Virus record (IMG/VR): IMGVR_UViG_3300037297_000097
Span: 1-51,955 of that record
Source: a virus
Direction: 5' to 3' (one strand)
DNA: 51,955 nt
The notes beneath the pieces were generated by a model. It was not told the DNA's origin and did not search any database. It saw only the letters and a list, made by a program, of their open reading frames with translations. This document shows, one piece after another, positions 26,990 through 35,692 of this stretch (position 1 is its first letter; each line of letters opens with the position of its first letter). Both the position numbers and the translations under genes were made by a program.

Positions 26990-27492
26990 AGATCGGTCAA
27001 TATCCCTTCCACCTGTTGCACAGCAGTATCCAACACCACACCCGATTGATACCAACCCGTGTCTTTGTGAAAACCCTGTTGATGGATACCCGTCACATAT
27101 TGCTCAACAGGTGACGGGTTCGCAATCCTTACGATTACATCTGACGCGGGGGGCGTGGGCGCGGTAGCGGCTGTCACTTTTGCCAGAAAATTGAGCAGCG
27201 CGATAAAGAAGCGTTCCCGGCGGGTAATCTGGTCAATATCGACATCGACTGCCCACTGTGCCACCAGTTTGCCAGTACGACGATACGGCAAGTTCCCCTC
27301 ACGTCGCAATTTCGCCATAACAAATTTACGCTGGCGCTCCGATGTCCACCGAATAGGATATTTCGGACTTCCGGGCTGTGTCTGCAATGTCGCTCGCGTT
27401 TGTGCCTGCCAGCGCTGTAACTGTGAGACCGTATCCCGTCGCACACGTGGTTTATCTTCTGTAACCGTAATGACAATCTCTTGGCTAATCAT
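26986..27492 (-). CDS. Putative neck protein
   Basis: Start moved to ATG 27492 (AATGATTAG overlap with the upstream stop); synteny only. Confidence 0.45.
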   Translation of the reverse strand: MISQEIVITVTEDKPRVRRDTVSQLQRWQAQTRATLQTQPGSPKYPIRWTSERQRKFVMAKLRREGNLPYRRTGKLVAQWAVDVDIDQITRRERFFIALLNFLAKVTAATAPTPPASDVIVRIANPSPVEQYVTGIHQQGFHKDTGWYQSGVVLDTAVQQVEGILTDL

Positions 27493-27781
27493 TGAGGCCC
27501 GCCCCTGTGTAACTCCGTAGCAGCATTCCCAAACCTGAAAAGGCAAACGGATACAAAAGTAAATCCAAATCCCAGAGCCACAGCAGCATAGCAAAGAAGC
27601 CAATCCATACCGACGTACAATAGATACAATCAAAAAGGCCGCCCATTTTGAGCGACCTTAGTTTGGTCAGCATATCGAGTGGCCCGGTTTCCGTTACCAG
27701 CATGTGGCTAATGCGCCACGTGGCAACAGACAGGACAATGAGGTCAAGTGCTGTCAATGAAGGGACTCCATATCCGATCAA
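27485..27781 (-). CDS. DUF1360-like small membrane protein
   Basis: SVATWRISHMLV ... FDCIYCTSVWIGFF matches the DUF1360 pattern; three hydrophobic helices. Confidence 0.6.
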   Translation of the reverse strand: MIGYGVPSLTALDLIVLSVATWRISHMLVTETGPLDMLTKLRSLKMGGLFDCIYCTSVWIGFFAMLLWLWDLDLLLYPFAFSGLGMLLRSYTGAGLND

Positions 27782-28832
27782 TGTTCCAGGTCGAATGGTT
27801 GCCGTTCTTTTCCCATACCGGATGTTGTACCTCGATCCCGGCTAATTCTCGAAAGATGGGCGGTTCACTGAATGTCATGTAATTGTAAACACTGCGTACC
27901 GTTTCGGAGATAGTGAACTGCGGTTGCCATCCTAGTTCCGACATGGCGCGGTTGGCGTCGGGGTACTTATCGGCAGCTTCCGTGTAATGCGGCCCGTAAA
28001 TGGTGACTGGATCAACGTGGCTTATCTCACCATGTCCAACAATTTCAATGACCGTCTGTGCCAAATGATTGATGGTGGTTTTGTTATCGGGATTGCCAAT
28101 GTTGTAGGCTGTTCCCGTCTTCCCGCATTGCGCGGCCTGGATAATTCCGTCTACGATGTCGTACACGTGAGTAAAGGCTCGAATCTGTGTGCCGTCACCA
28201 AACACTGTTAACGGTAGCCCCGTCATCGCTTGCGCCACAAAACGCGGCAACACAAAACCGCCTTTACCCGACTGGCGCGGGCCTGAGACATTGAACGGGC
28301 GAATAATCACGGCATCAAGCCCGTGCAGGCGACATTGATTGATGAGTGCGGTTTCCGCTGCCAGTTTGCCGACGGCATACTCAAGTCGTATGGTGGTTTC
28401 CGCCTGGATCATGCGTGGCATGGTCTCACTGCAATATCCCGCCTTGCCCCCGCCATAAATCTCAGATGTACTGACATCGATCAACCGGCATTCACAGCGT
28501 TTAGCAAGATCAATAAGCGCCATTGTATCATGCAAGATATGATGCGCCATGACACCGCCATGTTGCAAAACTCCGGCAGGGCCAACCGGCGCGGCCAGAT
28601 GATAGATGATGTCCCATTTGGCCTCAGGCCGATTGGCAAGCCATGTATCAATGGGCGCGATTTCATAGGTCAGATTGGCGGGGTGATTTAAATCATTGAG
28701 CAACACTTCAACGGGAACTGGATTGCTACTCAGATCATCAACGATATGCACCTGATTATCCGGGTTGTCGGTTAGCTGTTTGACCAGATGCCCACCGATA
28801 AACCCCGCGCCACCGGTTACGAGTATATTCAT
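27744..28832 (-). CDS. NAD-dependent nucleotide-sugar epimerase/dehydratase (extended SDR)
   Basis: N-terminal MNILVTGGAGFIGGHL Rossmann motif; catalytic YxxxK as YAVGKLAAE. Confidence 0.85.
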   Translation of the reverse strand: MNILVTGGAGFIGGHLVKQLTDNPDNQVHIVDDLSSNPVPVEVLLNDLNHPANLTYEIAPIDTWLANRPEAKWDIIYHLAAPVGPAGVLQHGGVMAHHILHDTMALIDLAKRCECRLIDVSTSEIYGGGKAGYCSETMPRMIQAETTIRLEYAVGKLAAETALINQCRLHGLDAVIIRPFNVSGPRQSGKGGFVLPRFVAQAMTGLPLTVFGDGTQIRAFTHVYDIVDGIIQAAQCGKTGTAYNIGNPDNKTTINHLAQTVIEIVGHGEISHVDPVTIYGPHYTEAADKYPDANRAMSELGWQPQFTISETVRSVYNYMTFSEPPIFRELAGIEVQHPVWEKNGNHSTWNIDRIWSPFIDST

Positions 28833-29065
28833 GAGAAATCCTCTCTTAGAACAAATTCCTCAATGCCGCCGACGCGCGGCCATACTTTTAAATGTTTCCG
28901 CTTTATCAAAACAGCAATAGCGCTCCACTGTACAGGGATAACCTCGCCATTCGTTCGCTTTAGCTGATAGCGGATTTTTTTAGTCCACGAACCCCCTACC
29001 CAATGTGATTTTAATGTCGCGCCTTCTCGCATTTCAGACAACAGTTCGTCAGCATTCGGCTTCAT
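28829..29065 (-). CDS. Hypothetical protein
   Basis: 78-aa ORF with ATGA overlaps on both sides. Confidence 0.5.
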   Translation of the reverse strand: MKPNADELLSEMREGATLKSHWVGGSWTKKIRYQLKRTNGEVIPVQWSAIAVLIKRKHLKVWPRVGGIEEFVLREDFS

Positions 29066-30804
29066 GCGCTTTTATCCTTTTCCAATCGCGCAACGACATC
29101 AGTCAATAATTGCCGCATACGCGCCGGGTAAGTATGCCGCTTCATACACAGCTTATGCGCTTGGCTGGCGATTTTCTTGCGTTTGGCCTCATGCTCTGGC
29201 TTTAGCCAATAGCGGATTTTCTGTTTCAGGTCGTCGTAATTGTCCCACGTGTCATAATGAACGCCCTTGCGAAGACCCATCAACTTACTAAAACCCTTCG
29301 TTTTCTGATGCAAGATCATTCCACCATTGGCAATGAGGATGTCAAAAAACCGCTTGCTGACATAGCCTGTTGCACAAAATTCGTTATCGGAAATCACTAG
29401 TTTGGCATTATGATTCAAGCTCTGCGTCTGGTCAAAGTGCCAGAACGTGTTACCAGTGGCACGGGGATCATTCTGTTGTTCGCAATAAATCCCCACGTCA
29501 ATATTTTCGGCGCGTAGGTCATGTAACGCATCAGCCAGCTTTGTCCGGTGTCCACATTGCGCGGCGCGGCGGTGCAAGTTACCCTGGAATACCACATCAT
29601 GCGCGGGCATCACGGGGTAATTCTCATATTCCTCTGGGCCAGACTGCCAATAATACGCATGGATGCCAACCTGTTTACAGGCGTCTACCATATCCGCATT
29701 GACAACCAATAACCCATCCATTCCCGCCCATACCTCACGCCAGGGTGATTCGGTATGGTAGCGCGGCCAGACATCCCCAATCCAATTGAGCCAGATTGCG
29801 CCCGGCGCGGCGCGGCGTATCCGGTTGATTTCATCGGGTGTCAGCAAGTGGGGATCATGGATGTTAGACAGAATCAAATGGGGCTGTAACGCCCATGATG
29901 CGCGTGTCAGCTTGTGAACAATCTGATCATCGTCTTTGTAGAGATGTTCCCAGACAATTCCACAATCGGCCACCGCATTCTTAAACGCCGGTTTTGCTGT
30001 CTCCCAGTGGGGCACACGCCGAATGTAATCATTCACAAATAGAATGCGAAGTTCTTCGTCATGTGGATTCGGGACTTGAGGGCTACCCGGATAGCGCACC
30101 TCTGGTTTAGGTTGATTCGGGTTGCCATATTCACGCACACGGGTTTGTCTATCTTTCAGATTCACACTGCGCTGGTAATGAAACGTGTCGTCTTTGACCA
30201 CGTAGGCGACGTTCTCGACACCGGGCACTTTGTCCACCGTATACCCACGCATATAAATTTCATAGCCTAACGCATTGTCCCCGGCATACGTCCAACAATC
30301 GGTCATCTTGCCACGCCCGCCCCACCAATCACAGGCATTGCCCAGCCATGTACGCAGCATCGATGTTTGTGGATAATTGACCTGCATTAACTGACCATCA
30401 GGCCCCCAAACATTTTGCTGGTCATATCCATCTAACCAGCGATCCTCAAATTGAATAGCCCCACATTCAAGATGGGTCTCCAAGTAGGATATGGCACGTA
30501 CAATGGCATATGGCGGGAATGCGCAATCATCGGTTGCAATGAGGGTGTATTTCCCCTTTGCCGCGTGTCCGGCCTCGGTCAGTGCCTTAACACCCCCGAC
30601 TGCCTTTCCCATTTGAATGAGTCGACAATCCGACTGTGCTTCAATCCACTCCGGCGTACCATCTGTTGAGCCGTTGTCGGCCAGTACAAATTCATAACGT
30701 ATGGTTGACGGTACGGTTTGGCGTACCGACTCCACCATACGCTTGAGACCCGCAAGCCGGTTGATGGTTCCAGAACAAATTGAAAGCGTGATGTCAGTCT
30801 GCAT
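29062..30804 (-). CDS. Two-domain glycosyltransferase (N-terminal GT2, C-terminal CgeB/Glyco_trans_1_2-like)
   Basis: ITLSICSG...FVLADNGSTDGT...ATDDC is GT-A/GT2-like; the C-terminal FFDILIANGGMILHQK...HTY region is CgeB-like; start moved to ATG 30804. Confidence 0.75.
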   Translation of the reverse strand: MQTDITLSICSGTINRLAGLKRMVESVRQTVPSTIRYEFVLADNGSTDGTPEWIEAQSDCRLIQMGKAVGGVKALTEAGHAAKGKYTLIATDDCAFPPYAIVRAISYLETHLECGAIQFEDRWLDGYDQQNVWGPDGQLMQVNYPQTSMLRTWLGNACDWWGGRGKMTDCWTYAGDNALGYEIYMRGYTVDKVPGVENVAYVVKDDTFHYQRSVNLKDRQTRVREYGNPNQPKPEVRYPGSPQVPNPHDEELRILFVNDYIRRVPHWETAKPAFKNAVADCGIVWEHLYKDDDQIVHKLTRASWALQPHLILSNIHDPHLLTPDEINRIRRAAPGAIWLNWIGDVWPRYHTESPWREVWAGMDGLLVVNADMVDACKQVGIHAYYWQSGPEEYENYPVMPAHDVVFQGNLHRRAAQCGHRTKLADALHDLRAENIDVGIYCEQQNDPRATGNTFWHFDQTQSLNHNAKLVISDNEFCATGYVSKRFFDILIANGGMILHQKTKGFSKLMGLRKGVHYDTWDNYDDLKQKIRYWLKPEHEAKRKKIASQAHKLCMKRHTYPARMRQLLTDVVARLEKDKSA

Positions 30805-31333
30805 AATAATCCACCAAGAATTGTCCCAGAAACTTAAGCGTTGAAATGATGTCCCCACGCGCACAGTTTGGATATTTTTCACGCAAGTCTTTCGGTGAAA
30901 GCCTTAAGCTCTTTTCCCCTTCGTCCAAACACCATTTGATGTGATGTTCATCAAAATTGTCATCGCTCAAAACAATGTGCCCCGGACCCCATTCGGCGTT
31001 TGGATATATCGCAAGAAAGCTATTAATATCCTGTTGCATCTGCTGTTTCCGCCGTGCTTCACTGTCGGGCAGCGGGATGTTATGCGCCTCAAAAAAAGTT
31101 TCTATCCGGTTGAGTAAGCAATCCCGCTTATGCTCGCTATCCCCCTCTACACCACAATAAGTACAATAACAATCCGTAGGCCAGAAGGCATATTTACCCA
31201 ACCAGGGGTTTGCTTGCAATGCAGTGACAAGCAATTCAATCATGGCGTTGCGTTCAGTCTCAAATTCTTGAATACGTTTCTCAAGTTCTTCAATTTCAGT
31301 ATACATATCGGGTTCAAGTTCACCGGTCCACAT
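30794..31333 (-). CDS. Hypothetical protein; N-terminal half is a member of the CxxC...HxxxC family
   Basis: Coiled coil followed by CTYC...HKRDC, as in the 882 and 7528 products. Confidence 0.5.
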   Translation of the reverse strand: MWTGELEPDMYTEIEELEKRIQEFETERNAMIELLVTALQANPWLGKYAFWPTDCYCTYCGVEGDSEHKRDCLLNRIETFFEAHNIPLPDSEARRKQQMQQDINSFLAIYPNAEWGPGHIVLSDDNFDEHHIKWCLDEGEKSLRLSPKDLREKYPNCARGDIISTLKFLGQFLVDYYAD

Positions 31334-32357
31334 ATAATACCCTCCCCAACTCTACCAACCGCGCATAATCGGGCGCTATCGCATCGGCCAGTGTCGGCGT
31401 GTAAGGATTAGCAAGTACGGTTTCATTCATGAGCGTATAGCCCTCTATCGGCGTACTCTCCACTTTCGGCGGCGGGTTGATAATCCCCGACTGTATCACT
31501 GCATCAGCCAGCGCTGCAACGCCCGTCTTCTGGCCGTTGCCATTGTCGGGCTTAGCCACCTGCATCTTCTCGACAGCACGCCAGGAGCGCGGGTCACGCT
31601 CGATGTCACGTGGATCAACATAGGCAGTTTTGGGCCAACTCATACGGGGGTAACGGCGGCCTGTGGCTTTGCCCCGCACCACATGATTGCCCTTCCATCG
31701 CGCCATTGCCAATACATCGCCCGGTTGACGCTCCCCTTGTGGAATAGCAACCTCCGGCGACTGGTGTCCACAGCAACCCATTTTGTATGCGTACCTTTCC
31801 CTAAGCTGTAACTTGACATTATTCATCTGCCCCCATTGAATAGCCTGTTGGGAGCGTTGCCCATTTTTGGTGTAATGCACCAGCGGTTTGGCAACACGCT
31901 GGCCGCAAATGTCATAAAGCGCCGCCTTGAGAAACCAATCGGTATCTTCCATTGCGGCCAGCGTATGGTCAAACGGGCCAATGCGCCGCGCGTCGATAGT
32001 CAGAAGCAGCACATTGATAAGATGCCAATCGTCTTCATGGAGCCAGGGGTAATCGGTGGCCTCACGGTGGCGATCCTCAAGCCACCAATCCGTGTACGCA
32101 TAGACACCTTGCCGCACGGTTGGGATACAGGACTCTACGAAGTCCGGCTCTAGCCAGTCATCGGCGTCGCAGAACCCTACATATTCCGTGTCTACCTGTT
32201 TCAATAGTTCGTTGCGAATCCATCCTGGCCCGCGCTTATCCGTGTCCAGCATCGTGAGCGCTTTGGTAGGCACAGTCTGATTTTCAACAGCCTTTACCGC
32301 ACGGGGTAGCAGGGATTCATGGTGTGGAGCACACGGAATAATGATTGTGGCTTTCAT
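31320..32357 (-). CDS. Family 2 glycosyltransferase
   Basis: TIIIPCAPHH...AVENQTVP...GFCDADDW (GT-A fold with DxD). Confidence 0.8.
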   Translation of the reverse strand: MKATIIIPCAPHHESLLPRAVKAVENQTVPTKALTMLDTDKRGPGWIRNELLKQVDTEYVGFCDADDWLEPDFVESCIPTVRQGVYAYTDWWLEDRHREATDYPWLHEDDWHLINVLLLTIDARRIGPFDHTLAAMEDTDWFLKAALYDICGQRVAKPLVHYTKNGQRSQQAIQWGQMNNVKLQLRERYAYKMGCCGHQSPEVAIPQGERQPGDVLAMARWKGNHVVRGKATGRRYPRMSWPKTAYVDPRDIERDPRSWRAVEKMQVAKPDNGNGQKTGVAALADAVIQSGIINPPPKVESTPIEGYTLMNETVLANPYTPTLADAIAPDYARLVELGRVLYVDR

Positions 32358-32677
32358 ATTAAATCCAAGTCAGAGCGGTCAGTATGAAATAAGATGCTCA
32401 TATCATCAGGAGTGTCTATTATCTCCTGAGATGTATATCCGCTTTGTCGCAAGGCTGATAATATGGTATCCATCTGCTGTTGTTGATAGTTCCATGCTAG
32501 ACCCAATGGGGAAATATAGAGCAATGTACCCTTATCTGCATAGAAAGAATAACGTGTGAATTCTGCTGTCCGGGTACGCTGAACCTTCAACGACTCACCC
32601 CGCCGAATCGCCTCAAACAATCGCGCCGGGTTGCATTCATGCTCATACGGGAATAGGCATTCTGTGTTATCATTCAT
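32354..32677 (-). CDS. Hypothetical protein
   Basis: 107-aa ORF; its first 15 nt are identical to the start of the upstream gene. Confidence 0.5.
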   Translation of the reverse strand: MNDNTECLFPYEHECNPARLFEAIRRGESLKVQRTRTAEFTRYSFYADKGTLLYISPLGLAWNYQQQQMDTILSALRQSGYTSQEIIDTPDDMSILFHTDRSDLDLI

Positions 32678-32949
32678 GTGTCGCCGGTTCCCTCATGTCG
32701 TGTTGCGCCGGGCCAATTACTCCAGATAGAGGATGTTGTTCCGACAAAAGCATCATGGATTTCCCGTAAAGCCGCATTGCTACCACGAAAAGTAATATGA
32801 AAAGTTGAATTTAATAATCCCCAATGTTCACGCTCGGAATATTCCACATCATTGAGAAAACAATAATCACGTATGCTTTGAATACCGCACTTGCGATTCA
32901 AAACATTATAGCGCACGATCATATAGAGGGTGTTTGTGTTATCATTCAT
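32674..32949 (-). CDS. Hypothetical protein
   Basis: Start moved to ATG 32949 behind SD AGGAGG. Confidence 0.5.
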   Translation of the reverse strand: MNDNTNTLYMIVRYNVLNRKCGIQSIRDYCFLNDVEYSEREHWGLLNSTFHITFRGSNAALREIHDAFVGTTSSIWSNWPGATRHEGTGDT

Positions 32950-33075
32950 AAGGCTATGCCTCCTGTTAGGCGTAGAGCCGTTGGGTGTTTCCGCACCGCG
33001 AACGGCTTCAACTGGCTGAGGTGGGCGCAACGACAACCCACCTCAGTATAGCACAGTTTCAACCCAACAACAAGA

Positions 33076-34524
33076 CTACGGTTTGTAGACCGTATTACCA
33101 GGGCCGTTCGCGTAGAAACTGCTACCCGGCAGCGCGTTGCGGATTTCAGTCGTGAAGTAGTAGGACACGTTATCCAAGCGACCAGCCAGGAACGGCGTTT
33201 CCATAATCAACCGCATCTTGCAACCGAACTCGTATTCTTTACAGAGGCCGGTACTGTTGACGCCTGCAATCCAGAGGCCGTTATTCAGAATGGTGATATC
33301 ATCCGAATCGGCAAACCCTCGGAACTGCGTGGCATACTGATTATCCATCGGGAAATACTGAAGGTAGGTCAATTTCTGACCGTTCCAGGTGTCGGGCACC
33401 AGATAGATGTCACTGGTGAATGTGCCCGCTGCGTTGGTTTGCGGAATGCCCTCTGAGAAGACCACCGGATAGGCCACACCGTCAACCAGGAGGTATTGGC
33501 CCGCGATCATATCCAGCATCAGTTTTTGGGTTTCGGTTGCCATCGTTACCAGATTGTTTGCGCCGGAACCGGAGCACCGGTAACTGGCATAGTTGCAAGC
33601 ATATTCTTCGACAACGCGATGGAACGCCTCCTCACGCATCAAGAAATACCAGGATACGTTTGCCCCATAACCCATCTTGCGAGCACGATTGCGAACAGCG
33701 CGTACCAATTCGGTGATAGCAATCGTGATGTTGCGGGCACTGGCAGCGGGTTCGCTGGGGATGGTTGCTCCTACGTCCGCCCCAAAGGTGATAACCACGC
33801 TATCCATTGCCGCGCACGTCTGCGAGGTTTTCACATCGGTATAACCCGTCTTAATCATGCTGTCGATGCCGGTAAACTCGGATGTCCAGCCGTGTTCAGT
33901 GGCGGTATAGGCCTGCGAATTGTCGCCAGCCACACCCACAACATCGATTGTGCGTTCAAACTCGACGCCAATTTTCCACAGTTCGTAGGCCAATTGATCG
34001 CGTGTATCCACAAGGCGATAGAATAAATCCGGGATTAACGGATTCCGCATTTCAGGATTACTGAACCCCGGCATCACAGAACCGGGAACATCAGACCGAT
34101 TACGCAGTTGCCCGATTTCTGGCACGGCATTCAGTTGCGTTTTGACAAAATACTGCCCCCAGTAGAACGCCTGTTTACATTCTTTGGCGTTACCGACTTC
34201 CGGCGGATTATCACACCATGTTTCCGCGTTCGTTCCGCTGGCTTCCGTTTGCCCCAAGAGCACAGACAGCAGTTCTTCATAAAACTGACTGGCCGTCGGA
34301 GCGCCCAACGCCTGAGCAAACGAATAAGGCCGCGCCATTGCACTGTAGCGCTCTGGCCGTACACCGGGATAGGTGAACAACCCGAATTGTGTCGTACTGC
34401 CCTGGAACGGGCCTTGCAACGTCGGCGTATAGAGCGTCGTACTGGCCGGGTCGTGCTTTTCAGCCAGTCCCATCGCATCGCGCAGTTCTTTCAATTCTTC
34501 AATCGTGTATTGTTTGTCAGCCAT
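33076..34524 (-). CDS. Major capsid protein
   Basis: 482-aa ORF immediately after the prohead protease/scaffold gene; SD AGGAG. Confidence 0.75.
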   Translation of the reverse strand: MADKQYTIEELKELRDAMGLAEKHDPASTTLYTPTLQGPFQGSTTQFGLFTYPGVRPERYSAMARPYSFAQALGAPTASQFYEELLSVLLGQTEASGTNAETWCDNPPEVGNAKECKQAFYWGQYFVKTQLNAVPEIGQLRNRSDVPGSVMPGFSNPEMRNPLIPDLFYRLVDTRDQLAYELWKIGVEFERTIDVVGVAGDNSQAYTATEHGWTSEFTGIDSMIKTGYTDVKTSQTCAAMDSVVITFGADVGATIPSEPAASARNITIAITELVRAVRNRARKMGYGANVSWYFLMREEAFHRVVEEYACNYASYRCSGSGANNLVTMATETQKLMLDMIAGQYLLVDGVAYPVVFSEGIPQTNAAGTFTSDIYLVPDTWNGQKLTYLQYFPMDNQYATQFRGFADSDDITILNNGLWIAGVNSTGLCKEYEFGCKMRLIMETPFLAGRLDNVSYYFTTEIRNALPGSSFYANGPGNTVYKP

Positions 34525-34528
34525 GCGC

Positions 34529-35692
34529 CTACTCCTTTACCCTGACGCCCAAAACGGTTTTTTGTGGTTCACCACCATCTTCGAGAGATTTTTTAGCATC
34601 TTCGATATCCTTGATGGTGAATTTCGGCTTGCTGGCAACCGAACGCGGCGTTTCGCCAAGTTGCTTTTCAAGGGCTGCCATACGCTCCACAACGCCCACG
34701 ATCTCTTTTGCGTTTTCGGTCAACGGAGCCAGTTCCTTGAGGATGGTCAACGCTTCAATGGTCGCTTTCGCCACTTCGTTCATTTCCTCTTCACGGGCGG
34801 CATTGTCCAGCGCCAACGCCTTTACGGTTTCGGTCAGTTCGCGCATTTCCTCAAGCGGGATAGGCGACGCGTCGTCATCTTCGGTGTCGGCCATTTCTTC
34901 CATTGGCAATTCTTCGACAACTTCAGTAGCCGTACCCATCAATTCCGAAATGATCGTATTCGAGATTGCATCGCGCTTGCCTTCGTCATCGGTGATTTCA
35001 GACAGCAGTTCGACAATACGCGCCTGCAAATCTTCCACCAATCCTTTGACCCGTTTGTGGTCAAACTCTTTACGCGCCACGCCTTCGCTATCCAGCTTGT
35101 CGCGCACGTCTTCCAATGCCGCATCGATGGCTTTTGCTGTGTCTGTTTTCAGACCCAGAATTTCCATAACGCTGCGGCGTTTCGTCTTGACGGCATTGCT
35201 CATAGGTTCTCCTCCTATCACATTGCTTAACGTTATGCCGTTTGCCGCATCTTCAAGCGGCAGTGTTGACGTTTCTTTCTTCAGGATGGCACTGAACGCG
35301 CCGTCCTGTTCGTCACCTTTCTGGTAATAAAATCCAATACTTGCACCCCAGGGGATGGTATTCTTTTCAATGGCATCCCAGACGGCTTTACGACTGACCC
35401 AAATATCCGGCTCTTCCCCACGCGCCAGATTAATTCGTGCGTCAGGTAATTCCCGGCTGACTTCCAACAAAAACGGGCCGTGCATTTCTGCGGCAATAAT
35501 CTCGCCAATAGGATCGCCCCCATGCCAGAACAAATGTGGCGTTGGCTCGAAATGGTCAACATAGGCTTTGAGTGCCTTCTCTTTGACAATCTCGTCTTCT
35601 CTATCCTGGTAGCTGTTGCTGGCAATGAGCAGCATAAACCGGCGTTCACCGGCCTTGATAATCAGGGATTTGGTTCCAATGGATTCAGGCAT
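34529..35692 (-). CDS. Prohead serine protease (HK97 S78/U35-like) with a C-terminal acidic scaffold-like domain
   Basis: ASNSYQDREDEIV, LFWHGGDPIG and GASIGF resemble the U35 His/Ser motifs; C-terminal half is an acidic coiled coil. Confidence 0.65.
   Translation of the reverse strand: MPESIGTKSLIIKAGERRFMLLIASNSYQDREDEIVKEKALKAYVDHFEPTPHLFWHGGDPIGEIIAAEMHGPFLLEVSRELPDARINLARGEEPDIWVSRKAVWDAIEKNTIPWGASIGFYYQKGDEQDGAFSAILKKETSTLPLEDAANGITLSNVIGGEPMSNAVKTKRRSVMEILGLKTDTAKAIDAALEDVRDKLDSEGVARKEFDHKRVKGLVEDLQARIVELLSEITDDEGKRDAISNTIISELMGTATEVVEELPMEEMADTEDDDASPIPLEEMRELTETVKALALDNAAREEEMNEVAKATIEALTILKELAPLTENAKEIVGVVERMAALEKQLGETPRSVASKPKFTIKDIEDAKKSLEDGGEPQKTVLGVRVKE

Noticed and set aside
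34389-35327. 312-aa and 241-aa plus-strand ORFs opposite the protease/scaffold gene
   Set aside because: They are Ser-rich, low-complexity antisense frames of an acidic coiled-coil gene and lie against the direction of the whole late operon.
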